Source of the DNA: Yuukianura sp. NJ FZ-2021
Lineage: Eukaryota
NCBI GenBank assembly: GCA_046563655.1
Contig: CM102286.1
Coordinates: 8,184,001-8,248,000 of the forward strand
Direction of reading: 5' to 3'
Length of the DNA: 64,000 nt
A model generated the notes under the pieces. That model was not told the origin of the DNA. It ran no database searches and worked only from the letters and a program-made list of their open reading frames with translations. Positions 24,922 to 39,900 of the stretch are shown here, piece by piece. A program made the translations under genes and the position numbers. Each line of letters opens with the position of its first letter. The first letter of the stretch is position 1.

Positions 24922-27900
24922 TAGTCGCCTTTCTGTACACACTAATTTTACAGTCATGCGAATTACGAAGGGAAGCAAAGTGTGTCGCAGAAGAAGCGGA
25001 AATTTGTTGGCCAATATTTTATACTGTAGAATAAATAACGCAACCACGGACAATTATCTTTCGTAAAACATATCGAGAAATTTTTACCCTGAATGTTGAC
25101 AGCGGGATGTTTCTAAAAAATTAAAAATAGATAGGTGATGCTGGCATAACTTACTTTGTCTCGAACGCGTAGTTCGCTCCGGAAAAGTCCCGTTGTAGTT
25201 TCAGGGCCGGCAAGAAGCATTTTTGAGTTTGTGAATTTTATCACACGCACCCTTAAAATTTTGCCAAGCAGTAAAGAAAAGGTCTTGGTTATTTCCATTG
25301 GTATCGAACTAATTATCAGTGCAGAATGCAGCTTGCTACTGCAATTCCTGGTAGTGTTTTGGTTCAAATTTTTCAAGTGTAGCACTAGTAGGTTTTTTAA
25401 GCCTAGTTCTAGTCGCCTTTTTGTCCACTCTAATTTTATAGTCATACGAACTACCAAGGGAAGCAAAGTGTGTCGCAGAGAAAGCCGAAATTTGTTGGCC
25501 AATATTTTACGCTGTAGAATAAATAACGCAACCAAGGACCATTATCTTTCGTAAAACATATCGAGAAATTTTTACCCTGAAAGTTGACAGCGGGATGTTT
25601 CTAAAAATTTAAAAATAGATAGGTGATGCTGGCATAACTTACGTTGCCTCGATCGCGTAGTTGGCTCCGGAAAAGTCCCGTTGTAGTTTGAGGGCCGGGA
25701 AGAAGCATTTTTGAATTTGTGAATTTTATCACACGCACTCTTAAAATTTTGCCAAGCAGTGAAGAAAAGGTCTTGGTTATTTCAATTGGTATCGAACTAA
25801 TTATCAGTGCAGAATGCAGCTTGCTACTGCAATTCCTGGTAGTATTTTGGTTCAAATTTTTCAAGTCTAGCACTAGTAGGTTTTTTGAGCCTAGTTCTAG
25901 TCGCCTTTCTGTCCAGGGAAGCAAAGTGTGTCGCAGAGAAAGCCGAAATTTGTTGGCCAATATTTTATACTGTAGAATAAATAACGCAACCACAGACAAT
26001 TATCTTTCGTAAAATATCGAGAAATTTTTACCCTGAATGTTGACAGCGCGATGTTTCTAAAAAATTAAAAATAGATAGGTGATGCTGGCATAACTTACTT
26101 TGTCTCGATCGCGTTGTTCGCTCCGGAAAAGTCCCGTTGTAGTTTAAGGGTCGGGAAGAAGCATTTTTGAGTTTGAATTTTATCACACGCACCCTTAAAA
26201 CTTTGCCAAGCAGTGAAGAAAAGGTCTTGGTTATTTCAATTGGTATCGAACTAATTATCAGTGCAGAATGCAGCTTGCTACTGCAATTCCTGGTAGTATT
26301 TTGGTTCAAATTTTTCAAGTCTAGCACTAGTAGGTTTTTTGAGCCTAGTTCTAGTCGCCTTTCTGTCCAGGGAAGCAAAGTGTGTCGCAGAGAAAGCCGA
26401 AATTTGTTGGCCAATATTTTATACTGTAGAATAAATAACGCAACCACGGACAATTATCTTTCGTAAAACATATCGAGAAATTTTTACCCTGAAAGTTGAC
26501 AGCGCGATGTTTCTAAAAAATTAAAAATAGATAGGTGATGCTGGCATAACATACTTTGTCTCGAACGCGTAGTTCGCTCCGGAAAAGTCCCGTTGTAGTT
26601 TGAGAGCCGGGAAGAAGCATTTTTGAGTTTGTGAATTTTATCACACGCACCCTTAAAATTTTGCCAAGCAGTGAAGAAAAGGTCTTGGTTATTTCCATTG
26701 GTATCGAACTAATTATCAGTGCAGAATGCAGCTTGCTACTGCAATTCCTGGTAGTATTTTGGTTCAAATTTTTCAAGTCTAGCACTAGTAGGTTTTTTGA
26801 GCCTAGTTCTAGTCGCCTTTCTGTCCAGGGAAGCAAACTGTGTCGCAGAGAAAGCCGAAATTTGTTGGCCAATATTTTATACTGTAGAATAAATAACGCA
26901 ACCACGGACAATTATCTTTCGTAAAACATATCGAGAAATTTTTACCCTGAATGTTGACAGCGGGATGTTTCTAAAAAATTAAAAATAGATAGGTGATGCT
27001 GGCATAACTTACTTTGTCTCGAACGCGTAGTTCGCTCCGGAAAAGTCCCGTTGTAGTTTCAGGGCCGGGAAGAAGCATTTTTGAGTTTGTAAATTTTATC
27101 ACACGCACCCTTAAAATTTTGCCAAGCAGTAAAGAAAAGGTCTTGGTTATTTCCATTGGTATCGAACTAATTATCAGTGCAGAATGCAGATTGCTACTGC
27201 AATTCCTGGTAGTGTTTTGGTTCAAATTTTTCAAGTGTAGCACTAGTAGGTTTTTTGAGCCTAGTTCTAGTCGCCTTTCTGTGCACTCTAATTTTATAGT
27301 CATGCGAACTACGAAGGGAAGCAAAGTGTGTCGCAGAAGAAGCGGAAATTTGTTGGCCAATATTTTATACTGTAGAATAAATAACGCAACCACGGACAAT
27401 TATCTTTAGTAAAACATATCGAGAAATTTTTACCCTGAATGTTGACAGCGCGATGTTTCTAAAAAATTAAAAATAGGTGATGCTGGCATAACTTACTTTG
27501 TCTCGATTGCGTAGTTCGCTCCGGAAAAGTCCCGTTGTAGTTTGAGGGCCGGGAAGAAGCATTTTTGAGTTTGTGAATTTTATCACACGCACTTTTAAAA
27601 TTTTGCCAAGCAGTAAAGAAAAGGTCTTGGTTATTTCCATTGGTATCGAACTAATTATCAGTGCAGAATGCAGCTTGCTACTGCAATTCCTGGTAGTATT
27701 TTGGTTCAAATTTTTCAAGTCTAGCACTAGTAGGTTTTTTGAGCCTAGTTCTAGTCGCCTTTCTGTCCAGGGAAGCAAAGTGTGTCGCAGAGAAAGCCGA
27801 AATTTGTTGGCCAATATTTTATACTGTAGAATAAATAACGCAACCACAGACAATTATCTTTCGTAAAACATATCGAGAAATTTTTACCCTGAATGTTGAC

Positions 27901-30900
27901 AGCGCGATGTTTCTAAAAAATTAAAAATAGATAGGTGATGCTGGCATAACTTACTTTGTCTCGAACGCGTAGTTCGCTCCGGAAAAGTCCCGTTGTAGTT
28001 TCAGGGCCGGGAAGAAGCATTTTTGAGTTTGTGAATTTTCTCACACGCACCCTTAAAATTTTGCCAAGCAGTGAAGAAAAGGTCTTGGTTATTTCCATTG
28101 GTATCGAACTAATTATCAGTGCAGAATGCAGCTTGCTACTGCAATTCCTGGTAGTATTTTGGTTCAAATTTTTCAAGTCTAGCACTAGTAGGTTTTTTGA
28201 GCCTAGTTCTAGTCGCCTTTCTGTCCAGGGAAGCAAAGTGTGTCGCAGAGAAAGCCGAAATTTGTTGGCCAATATTTTATACTGTAGAATAAATAACGCA
28301 ACCACGGACAATTATCTTTCGTAAAACATATCGAGAAATTTTTACCCTGAATGTTGACAGCGGGATGTTTCTAAAAAATTAAAAATAGATAGGTGATGCT
28401 GGCATAACTTACTTTGTCTCGAACGCGTAGTTCGCTCCGGAAAAGTCCCGTTGTAGTTTCAGGGCCGGGAAGAAGCATTTTTGAGTTTGTGAATTTTATC
28501 ACACGCACCCTTAAAATTTTGCCAAGCAGTAAAGAAAAGGTCTTGGTTATTTCCATTGGTATCGAACTAATTATCAGTGCAGAATGCAGCTTGCTACTGC
28601 AATTCCTGGTAGTGTTTGGGTTCAAATTTTTCAAGTGTAGCACTAGTAGGTTTTTTGAGCCTAGTTCTAGTCGCCTTTCTGTGCACTCTAATTTTATAGT
28701 CATGCGAACTACGAAGGGAAGCAAAGTGTGTCGCAGAAGAAGCGGAAATTTGTTGGCCAATATTTTATACTGTAGAATAAATAACGCAACCACGGACAAT
28801 TATCTTTCGTAAAACATATCGAGAAATTTTTACCCTGAATGTTGACAGCGCGATGTTTCTAAAAAATTAAAAATAGGTGATGCTGGCATAACTTACTTTG
28901 TCTCGATTGCGTAGTTCGCTCCGGAAAAGTCCCGTTGTAGTTTGAGGGCCGGGAAGAAGCATTTTTGAGTTTGTGAATTTTATCACACGCACTTTTAAAA
29001 TTTTGCCAAGCAGTAAAGAAAAGGTCTTGGTTATTTCCATTGGTATCGAACTAATTATCAGTGCAGAATGCAGCTTGCTACTGCAATTCCTGGTAGTATT
29101 TTGGTTCAAATTTTTCAAGTCTAGCACTAGTAGGTTTTTTGAGCCTAGTACTAGTCGCCTTTCTGTCCAGGGAAGCAAAGTGTGTCGCAGAGAAAGCCGA
29201 AATTTGTTGGCCAATATTTTATACTGTAGAATAAATAACGCAACCACAGACAATTATCTTTCGTAAAACATATCGAGAAATTTTTACCCTGAATGTTGAC
29301 AGCGCGATGTTTCTAAAAAATTAAAAATAGATAGGTGATGCTGGCATAACTTACTTTGTCTCGATCGCGTTGTTCGCTCCGGAAAAGTCCCGTTGTAGTT
29401 TAAGGGTCGGGAAGAAGCATTTTTGAGTTTGAATTTTATCACACGCACCCTTAAAACTTTGCCAAGCAGTGAAGAAAAGGTCTTGGTTATTTCAATTGGT
29501 ATCGAACTAATTATCAGTGCAGAATGCAGCTTGCTACTGCAATTCCTGGTAGTATTTTGGTTCAAATTTTTCAAGTCTAGCGCTAGTAGGTTTTTTGAGC
29601 CTAGTTCTAGTCGCCTTTCTGTCCAGGGAAGCAAAGTGTGTCGCAGAGAAAGCCGAAATTTGTTGGCCAATATTTTATACTGTAGAATAAATAACGCAAC
29701 CACGGACAATTATCTTTTGTAAAACATATCGAGAAATTTTTACCCTGAATGTTGACAGCGGGATGTTTCTAAAAAATTAAAAATAGATAGGTGATGCTGG
29801 CATAACTTACTTTGTCTCGAACGCGTAGTTCGCTCCGGAAAAGTCCCGTTGTAGTTTCAGGGCCGGGAAGAAGCATTTTTGAGTTTGTGAATTTTATCAC
29901 ACGCACCCTTAAAATTTTGCCAAGCAGTAAAGAAAAGGTCTTGGTTATTTCCATTGGTATCGAACTAATTATCAGTGCAGAATGCAGATTGCTACTGCAA
30001 TTCCTGGTAGTGTTTTGGTTCAAATTTTTCAAGTGTAGCACTAGTAGGTTTTTTGAGCCTAGTTCTAGTCGCCTTTCTGTGCACTCTAATTTTATAGTCA
30101 TGCGAACTACGAAGGGAAGCAAAGTGTGTCGCAGAAGAAGCGGAAATTTGTTGGCCAATATTTTATACTGTAGAATAAATAACGCAACCACGGACAATTA
30201 TCTTTCGTAAAACATATCGAGAAATTTTTACCCTGAATGTTGACAGCGCGATGTTTCTAAAAAATTAAAAATAGGTGATGCTGGCATAACTTACTTTGTC
30301 TCGATTGCGTAGTTCGCTCCGGAAAAGTCCCGTTGTAGTTTGAGGGCCGGGAAGAAGCATTTTTGAGTTTGTGAATTTTATCACACGCACTTTTAAAATT
30401 TTGCCAAGCAGTAAAGAAAAGGTCTTGGTTATTTCCATTGGTATCGAACTAATTATCAGTGCAGAATGCAGCTTGCTACTGCAATTCCTGGTAGTATTTT
30501 GGTTCAAATTTTTCAAGTCTAGCACTAGTAGGTTTTTTGAGCCTAGTTCTAGTCGCCTTTCTGTCCAGGGAAGCAAAGTGTGTCGCAGAGAAAGCCGAAA
30601 TTTGTTGGCCAATATTTTATACTGTAGAATAAATAACGCAACCACAGACAATTATCTTTCGTAAAACATATCGAGAAATTTTTACCCTGAATGTTGACAG
30701 CGCGATGTTTCTAAAAAATTAAAAATAGATAGGTGATGCTGGCATAACTTACTTTGTCTCGATCGCGTTGTTCGCTCCGGAAAAGTCCCGTTGTAGTTTA
30801 AGGGTCGGGAAGAAGCATTTTTGAGTTTGAATTTTATCACACGCACCCTTAAAACTTTGCCAAGCAGTGAAGAAAAGGTCTTGGTTATTTCAATTGGTAT

Positions 30901-33900
30901 CGAACTAATTATCAGTGCAGAATGCAGCTTGCTACTGCAATTCCTGGTAGTATTTTGGTTCAAATTTTTCAAGTCTAGCACTAGTAGGTTTTTTGAGCCT
31001 AGTTCTAGTCGCCTTTCTGTGCACTCTAATTTTATAGTCATGCGAACTACGAAGGGAAGCAAAGTGTGTCGCAGAAGAAGCGGAAATTTGTTGGCCAATA
31101 TTTTATACTGTAGAATAAATAACGCAACCACGGACAATTATCTTTCGTAAAACATATCGAGAAATTTTTACCCTGAATGTTGACAGCGCGATGTTTCTAA
31201 AAAATTAAAAATAGGTGATGCTGGCATAACTTACTTTGTCTCGATTGCGTAGTTCGCTCCGGAAAAGTCCCGTTGTAGTTTGAGGGCCGGGAAGAAGCAT
31301 TTTTGAGTTTGTGAATTTTATCACACGCACTTTTAAAATTTTGCCAAGCAGTAAAGAAAAGGTCTTGGTTATTTCCATTGGTATCGAACTAATTATCAGT
31401 GCAGAATGCAGCTTGCTACTGCAATTCCTGGTAGTATTTTGGTTCAAATTTTTCAAGTCTAGCACTAGTAGGTTTTTTGAGCCTAGTTCTAGTCGCCTTT
31501 CTGTCCAGGGAAGCAAAGTGTGTCGCAGAGAAAGCCGAAATTTGTTGGCCAATATTTTATACTGTAGAATAAATAACGCAACCACGGACAATTATCTTTC
31601 GTAAAACATATCGAGAAATTTTTACCCTGAATGTTGACAGCGGGATGTTTCTAAAAAATTAAAAATAGATAGGTGATGCTGGCATAACTTACTTTGTCTC
31701 GAACGCGTAGTTCGCTCCGGAAAAGTCCCGTTGTAGTTTCAGGGCCGGGAAGAAGCATTTTTGAGTTTGTGAATTTTATCACACGCACCCTTAAAATTTT
31801 GCCAAGCAGTAAAGAAAAGGTCTTGGTTATTTCCATTGGTATCGAACTAATTATCAGTGCAGAATGCAGCTTGCTACTGCAATTCCTGGTAGTGTTTGGG
31901 TTCAAATTTTTCAAGTGTAGCACTAGTAGGTTTTTTGAGCCTAGTTCTAGTCGCCTTTCTGTGCACTCTAATTTTATAGTCATGCGAACTACGAAGGGAA
32001 GCAAAGTGTGTCGCAGAAGAAGCGGAAATTTGTTGGCCAATATTTTATACTGTAGAATAAATAACGCAACCACGGACAATTATCTTTCGTAAAACATATC
32101 GAGAAATTTTTACCCTGAATGTTGACAGCGCGATGTTTCTAAAAAATTAAAAATAGGTGATGCTGGCATAACTTACTTTGTCTCGATTGCGTAGTTCGCT
32201 CCGGAAAAGTCCCGTTGTAGTTTGAGGGCCGGGAAGAAGCATTTTTGAGTTTGTGAATTTTATCACACGCACTTTTAAAATTTTGCCAAGCAGTAAAGAA
32301 AAGGTCTTGGTTATTTCCATTGGTATCGAACTAATTATCAGTGCAGAATGCAGCTTGCTACTGCAATTCCTGGTAGTATTTTGGTTCAAATTTTTCAAGT
32401 CTAGCACTAGTAGGTTTTTTGAGCCTAGTACTAGTCGCCTTTCTGTCCAGGGAAGCAAAGTGTGTCGCAGAGAAAGCCGAAATTTGTTGGCCAATATTTT
32501 ATACTGTAGAATAAATAACGCAACCACAGACAATTATCTTTCGTAAAACATATCGAGAAATTTTTACCCTGAATGTTGACAGCGCGATGTTTCTAAAAAA
32601 TTAAAAATAGATAGGTGATGCTGGCATAACTTACTTTGTCTCGATCGCGTTGTTCGCTCCGGAAAAGTCCCGTTGTAGTTTAAGGGTCGGGAAGAAGCAT
32701 TTTTGAGTTTGAATTTTATCACACGCACCCTTAAAACTTTGCCAAGCAGTGAAGAAAAGGTCTTGGTTATTTCAATTGGTATCGAACTAATTATCAGTGC
32801 AGAATGCAGATTGCTACTGCAATTCCTGGTAGTATTTTGGTTCAAATTTTTCAAGTCTAGCACTAGTAGGTTTTTTGAGCCTAGTTCTAGTCGCCTTTCT
32901 GTCCAGGGAAGCAAAGTGTGTCGCAGAGAAAGCCGAAATTTGTTGGCCAATATTTTATACTGTAGAATAAATAACGCAACCACAGACAATTATCTTTCGT
33001 AAAACATATCGAGAAATTTTTACCCTGAATGTTGACAGCGCGATGTTTCTAAAAAATTAAAAATAGATAGGTGATGCTGGCATAACTTACTTTGTCTCGA
33101 TCGCGTTGTTCGCTCCGGAAAAGTCCCGTTGTAGTTTAAGGGTCGGGAAGAAGCATTTTTGAGTTTGAATTTTATCACACGCACCCTTAAAACTTTGCCA
33201 AGCAGTGAAGAAAAGGTCTTGGTTATTTCAATTGGTATCGAACTAATTATCAGTGCAGAATGCAGCTTGCTACTGCAATTCCTGGTAGTATTTTGGTTCA
33301 AATTTTTCAAGTCTAGCACTAGTAGGTTTTTTGAGCCTAGTTCTAGTCGCCTTTCTGTGCACTCTAATTTTATAGTCATGCGAACTACGAAGGGAAGCAA
33401 AGTGTGTCGCAGAAGAAGCGGAAATTTGTTGGCCAATATTTTATACTGTAGAATAAATAACGCAACCACGGACAATTATCTTTCGTAAAACATATCGAGA
33501 AATTTTTACCCTGAATGTTGACAGCGCGATGTTTCTAAAAAATTAAAAATAGGTGATGCTGGCATAACTTACTTTGTCTCGATTGCGTAGTTCGCTCCGG
33601 AAAAGTCCCGTTGTAGTTTGAGGGCCGGGAAGAAGCATTTTTGAGTTTGTGAATTTTATCACACGCACTTTTAAAATTTTGCCAAGCAGTAAAGAAAAGG
33701 TCTTGGTTATTTCCATTGGTATCGAACTAATTATCAGTGCAGAATGCAGCTTGCTACTGCAATTCCTGGTAGTATTTTGGTTCAAATTTTTCAAGTCTAG
33801 CACTAGTAGGTTTTTTGAGCCTAGTTCTAGTCGCCTTTCTGTCCAGGGAAGCAAAGTGTGTCGCAGAGAAAGCCGAAATTTGTTGGCCAATATTTTATAC

Positions 33901-36900
33901 TGTAGAATAAATAACGCAACCACGGACAATTATCTTTCGTAAAACATATCGAGAAATTTTTACCCTGAATGTTGACAGCGGGATGTTTCTAAAAAATTAA
34001 AAATAGATAGGTGATGCTGGCATAACTTACTTTGTCTCGAACGCGTAGTTCGCTCCGGAAAAGTCCCGTTGTAGTTTCAGGGCCGGGAAGAAGCATTTTT
34101 GAGTTTGTGAATTTTATCACACGCACCCTTAAAATTTTGCCAAGCAGTAAAGAAAAGGTCTTGGTTATTTCCATTGGTATCGAACTAATTATCAGTGCAG
34201 AATGCAGATTGCTACTGCAATTCCTGGTAGTGTTTTGGTTCAAATTTTTCAAGTGTAGCACTAGTAGGTTTTTTGAGCCTAGTTCTAGTCGCCTTTCTGT
34301 GCACTCTAATTTTATAGTCATGCGAACTACGAAGGGAAGCAAAGTGTGTCGCAGAAGAAGCGGAAATTTGTTGGCCAATATTTTATACTGTAGAATAAAT
34401 AACGCAACCACGGACAATTATCTTTCGTAAAACATATCGAGAAATTTTTACCCTGAATGTTGACAGCGCGATGTTTCTAAAAAATTAAAAATAGGTGATG
34501 CTGGCATAACTTACTTTGTCTCGATTGCGTAGTTCGCTCCGGAAAAGTCCCGTTGTAGTTTGAGGGCCGGGAAGAAGCATTTTTGAGTTTGTGAATTTTA
34601 TCACACGCACTTTTAAAATTTTGCCAAGCAGTAAAGAAAAGGTCTTGGTTATTTCCATTGGTATCGAACTAATTATCAGTGCAGAATGCAGCTTGCTACT
34701 GCAATTCCTGGTAGTATTTTGGTTCAAATTTTTCAAGTCTAGCACTAGTAGGTTTTTTGAGCCTAGTTCTAGTCGCCTTTCTGTCCAGGGAAGCAAAGTG
34801 TGTCGCAGAGAAAGCCGAAATTTGTTGGCCAATATTTTATACTGTAGAATAAATAACGCAACCACAGACAATTATCTTTCGTAAAACATATCGAGAAATT
34901 TTTACCCTGAATGTTGACAGCGCGATGTTTCTAAAAAATTAAAAATAGATAGGTGATGCTGGCATAACTTACTTTGTCTCGATCGCGTTGTTCGCTCCGG
35001 AAAAGTCCCGTTGTAGTTTAAGGGACGGGAAGAAGCATTTTTGAGTTTGAATTTTATCACACGCACCCTTAAAACTTTGCCAAGCAGTGAAGAAAAGGTC
35101 TTGGTTATTTCAATTGGTATCGAACTAATTATCAGTGCAGAATGCAGCTTGCTACTGCAATTCCTGGTAGTATTTTGGTTCAAATTTTTCAAGTCTAGCA
35201 CTAGTAGGTTTTTTGAGCCTAGTTCTAGTCGCCTTTCTGTCCAGGGAAGCAAAGTGTGTCGCAGAGAAAGCCGAAATTTGTTGGCCAATATTTTATACTG
35301 TAGAATAAATAACGCAACCACGGACAATTATCTTTCGTAAAACATATCGAGAAATTTTTACCCTGAATGTTGACAGCGGGATGTTTCTAAAAAATTAAAA
35401 ATAGATAGGTGATGCTGGCATAACTTACTTTGTCTCGAACGCGTAGTTCGCTCCGGAAAAGTCCCGTTGTAGTTTCAGGGCCGGGAAGAAGCATTTTTGA
35501 GTTTGTGAATTTTATCACACGCACCCTTAAAATTTTGCCAAGCAGTGAAGAAAAGGTCTTGGTTATTTCCATTGGTATCGAACTAATTATCAGTGCAGAA
35601 TGCAGCTTGCTACTGCAATTCCTGGTAGTATTTTGGTTCAAATTTTTCAAGTCTAGCACTAGTAGGTTTTTTGAGCCTAGTTCTAGTCGCCTTTCTGTCC
35701 AGGGAAGCAAAGTGTGTCGCAGAGAAAGCCGAAATTTGTTGGCCAATATTTTATACTGTAGAATAAATAACGCAACCACGGACAATTATCTTTCGTAAAA
35801 CATATCGAGAAATTTTTACCCTGAATGTTGACAGCGGGATGTTTCAAAAAAATTAAAAATAGATAGGTGATGCTGGCATAACTTACTTTGTCTCGAACGC
35901 GTAGTTCGCTCCGGAAAAGTCCCGTTGTAGTTTCAGGGCCGGGAAGAAGCATTTTTGAGTTTGTGAATTTTATCACACGCACCCTTAAAATTTTGCCAAG
36001 CAGTGAAGAAAAGGTCTTGGTTATTTCCATTGGTATCGAACTAATTATCAGTGCAGAATGCAGCTTGCTACTGCAATTCCTGGTAGTATTTTGGTTCAAA
36101 TTTTTCAAGTCTAGCACTAGTAGGTTTTTTGAGCCTAGTTCTAGTCGCCTTTCTGTCCAGGGAAGCAAAGTGTGTCGCAGAGAAAGCCGAAATTTGTTGG
36201 CCAATATTTTATACTGTAGAATAAATAACGCAACCACAGACAATTATCTTTCGTAAAACATATCGAGAAATTTTTACCCTGAATGTTGACAGCGCGATGT
36301 TTCTAAAAAATTAAAAATAGATAGGTGATGCTGGCATAACTTACTTTGTCTCGATCGCGTTGTTCGCTCCGGAAAAGTCCCGTTGTAGTTTAAGGGTCGG
36401 GAAGAAGCATTTTTGAGTTTGAATTTTATCACACGCACCCTTAAAACTTTGCCAAGCAGTGAAGAAAAGGTCTTGGTTATTTCAATTGGTATCGAACTAA
36501 TTATCAGTGCAGAATGCAGCTTGCTACTGCAATTCCTGGTAGTATTTTGGTTCAAATTTTTCAAGTCTAGCACTAGTAGGTTTTTTGAGCCTAGTTCTAG
36601 TCGCCTTTCTGTCCAGGGAAGCAAAGTGTGTCGCAGAGAAAGCCGAAATTTGTTGGCCAATATTTTATACTGTAGAATAAATAACGCAACCACAGACAAT
36701 TATCTTTCGTAAAACATATCGAGAAATTTTTACCCTGAATGTTGACAGCGCGATGTTTCTAAAAAATTAAAAATAGATAGGTGATGCTGGCATAACTTAC
36801 TTTGTCTCGATCGCGTTGTTCGCTCCGGAAAAGTCCCGTTGTAGTTTAAGGGTCGGGAAGAAGCATTTTTGAGTTTGAATTTTATCACACGCACCCTTAA

Positions 36901-39900
36901 AACTTTGCCAAGCAGTGAAGAAAAGGTCTTGGTTATTTCAATTGGTATCGAACTAATTATCAGTGCAGAATGCAGCTTGCTACTGCAATTCCTGGTAGTA
37001 TTTTGGTTCAAATTTTTCAAGTCTAGCACTAGTAGGTTTTTTGAGCCTAGTTCTAGTCGCCTTTCTGTCCAGGGAAGCAAAGTGTGTCGCAGAGAAAGCC
37101 GAAATTTGTTGGCCAATATTTTATACTGTAGAATAAATAACGCAACCACGGACAATTATCTTTCGTAAAACATATCGAGAAATTTTTACCCTGAATGTTG
37201 ACAGCGGGATGTTTCTAAAAAATTAAAAATAGATAGGTGATGCTGGCATAACTTACTTTGTCTCGAACGCGTAGTTCGCTCCGGAAAAGTCCCGTTGTAG
37301 TTTCAGGGCCGGGAAGAAGCATTTTTGAGTTTGTGAATTTTATCACACGCACCCTTAAAATTTTGCCAAGCAGTGAAGAAAAGGTCTTGGTTATTTCCAT
37401 TGGTATCGAACTAATTATCAGTGCAGAATGCAGCTTGCTACTGCAATTCCTGGTAGTATTTTGGTTCAAATTTTTCAAGTCTAGCACTAGTAGGTTTTTT
37501 GAGCCTAGTTCTAGTCGCCTTTCTGTCCAGGGAAGCAAAGTGTGTCGCAGAGAAAGCCGAAATTTGTTGGCCAATATTTTATACTGTAGAATAAATAACG
37601 CAACCACGGACAATTATCTTTCGTAAAACATATCGAGAAATTTTTACCCTGAATGTTGACAGCGGGATGTTTCAAAAAAATTAAAAATAGATAGGTGATG
37701 CTGGCATAACTTACTTTGTCTCGAACGCGTAGTTCGCTCCGGAAAAGTCCCGTTGTAGTTTCAGGGCCGGGAAGAAGCATTTTTGAGTTTGTGAATTTTA
37801 TCACACGCACCCTTAAAATTTTGCCAAGCAGTGAAGAAAAGGTCTTGGTTAGTTCCATTGGTATCGAACTAATTATCAGTGCAGAATGCAGCTTGCTACT
37901 GCAATTCCTGGTAGTATTTTGGTTCAAATTTTTCAAGTCTAGCACTAGTAGGTTTTTTGAGCCTAGTTCTAGTCGCCTTTCTGTCCAGGGAAGCAAAGTG
38001 TGTCGCAGAGAAAGCCGAAATTTGTTGGCCAATATTTTATACTGTAGAATAAATAACGCAACCACAGACAATTATCTTTCGTAAAACATATCGAGAAATT
38101 TTTACCCTGAATGTTGACAGCGCGATGTTTCTAAAAAATTAAAAATAGATAGGTGATGCTGGCATAACTTACTTTGTCTCGATCGCGTTGTTCGCTCCGG
38201 AAAAGTCCCGTTGTAGTTTAAGGGTCGGGAAGAAGCATTTTTGAGTTTGAATTTTATCACACGCACCCTTAAAACTTTGCCAAGCAGTGAAGAAAAGGTC
38301 TTGGTTATTTCAATTGGTATCGAACTAATTATCAGTGCAGAATGCAGCTTGCTACTGCAATTCCTGGTAGTATTTTGGTTCAAATTTTTCAAGTCTAGCA
38401 CTAGTAGGTTTTTTGAGCCTAGTTCTAGTCGCCTTTCTGTCCAGGGAAGCAAAGTGTGTCGCAGAGAAAGCCGAAATTTGTTGGCCAATATTTTATACTG
38501 TAGAATAAATAACGCAACCACAGACAATTATCTTTCGTAAAACATATCGAGAAATTTTTACCCTGAATGTTGACAGCGCGATGTTTCTAAAAAATTAAAA
38601 ATAGATAGGTGATGCTGGCATAACTTACTTTGTCTCGATCGCGTTGTTCGCTCCGGAAAAGTCCCGTTGTAGTTTAAGGGTCGGGAAGAAGCATTTTTGA
38701 GTTTGGAATTTTATCACACGCACCCTTAAAACTTTGCCAAGCAGTGAAGAAAAGGTCTTGGTTATTTCAATTGGTATCGAACTAATTATCAGTGCAGAAT
38801 GCAGCTTGCTACTGCAATTCCTGGTAGTATTTTGGTTCAAATTTTTCAAGTCTAGCACTAGTAGGTTTTTTGAGCCTAGTTCTAGTCGCCTTTCTGTCCA
38901 GGGAAGCAAAGTGTGTCGCAGAGAAAGCCGAAATTTGTTGGCCAATATTTTATACTGTAGAATAAATAACGCAACCACGGACAATTATCTTTCGTAAAAC
39001 ATATCGAGAAATTTTTACCCTGAATGTTGACAGCGGGATGTTTCTAAAAAATTAAAAATAGATAGGTGATGCTGGCATAACTTACTTTGTCTCGAACGCG
39101 TAGTTCGCTCCGGAAAAGTCCCGTTGTAGTTTCAGGGCCGGGAAGAAGCATTTTTGAGTTTGTGAATTTTATCACACGCACCCTTAAAATTTTGCCAAGC
39201 AGTGAAGAAAAGGTCTTGGTTATTTCCATTGGTATCGAACTAATTATCAGTGCAGAATGCAGCTTGCTACTGCAATTCCTGGTAGTATTTTGGTTCAAAT
39301 TTTTCAAGTCTAGCACTAGTAGGTTTTTTGAGCCTAGTTCTAGTCGCCTTTCTGTCCAGGGAAGCAAAGTGTGTCGCAGAGAAAGCCGAAATTTGTTGGC
39401 CAATATTTTATACTGTAGAATAAATAACGCAACCACAGACAATTATCTTTCGTAAAACATATCGAGAAATTTTTACCCTGAATGTTGACAGCGCGATGTT
39501 TCTAAAAAATTAAAAATAGATAGGTGATGCTGGCATAACTTACTTTGTCTCGATCGCGTTGTTCGCTCCGGAAAAGTCCCGTTGTAGTTTAAGGGTCGGG
39601 AAGAAGCATTTTTGAATTTGTGAATTTTATCACACGCACCCTTAAAACTTTGCCAAGCAGTGAAGAAAAGGTCTTGGCTATTTCAATTGGTATCGAACTA
39701 ATTATCAGTGCAGAATGCAGCTTGCTACTGCAATTCCTGGTAGTATTTTGGTTCAAATTTTTCAAGTCTAGCACTAGTAGGTTTTTTGAGCCTAGTTCTA
39801 GTCGCCTTTCTGTCCAGGGAAGCAAAGTGTGTCGCAGAGAAAGCCGAAATTTGTTGGCCAATATTTTATACTGTAGAATAAATAACGCAACCACAGACAA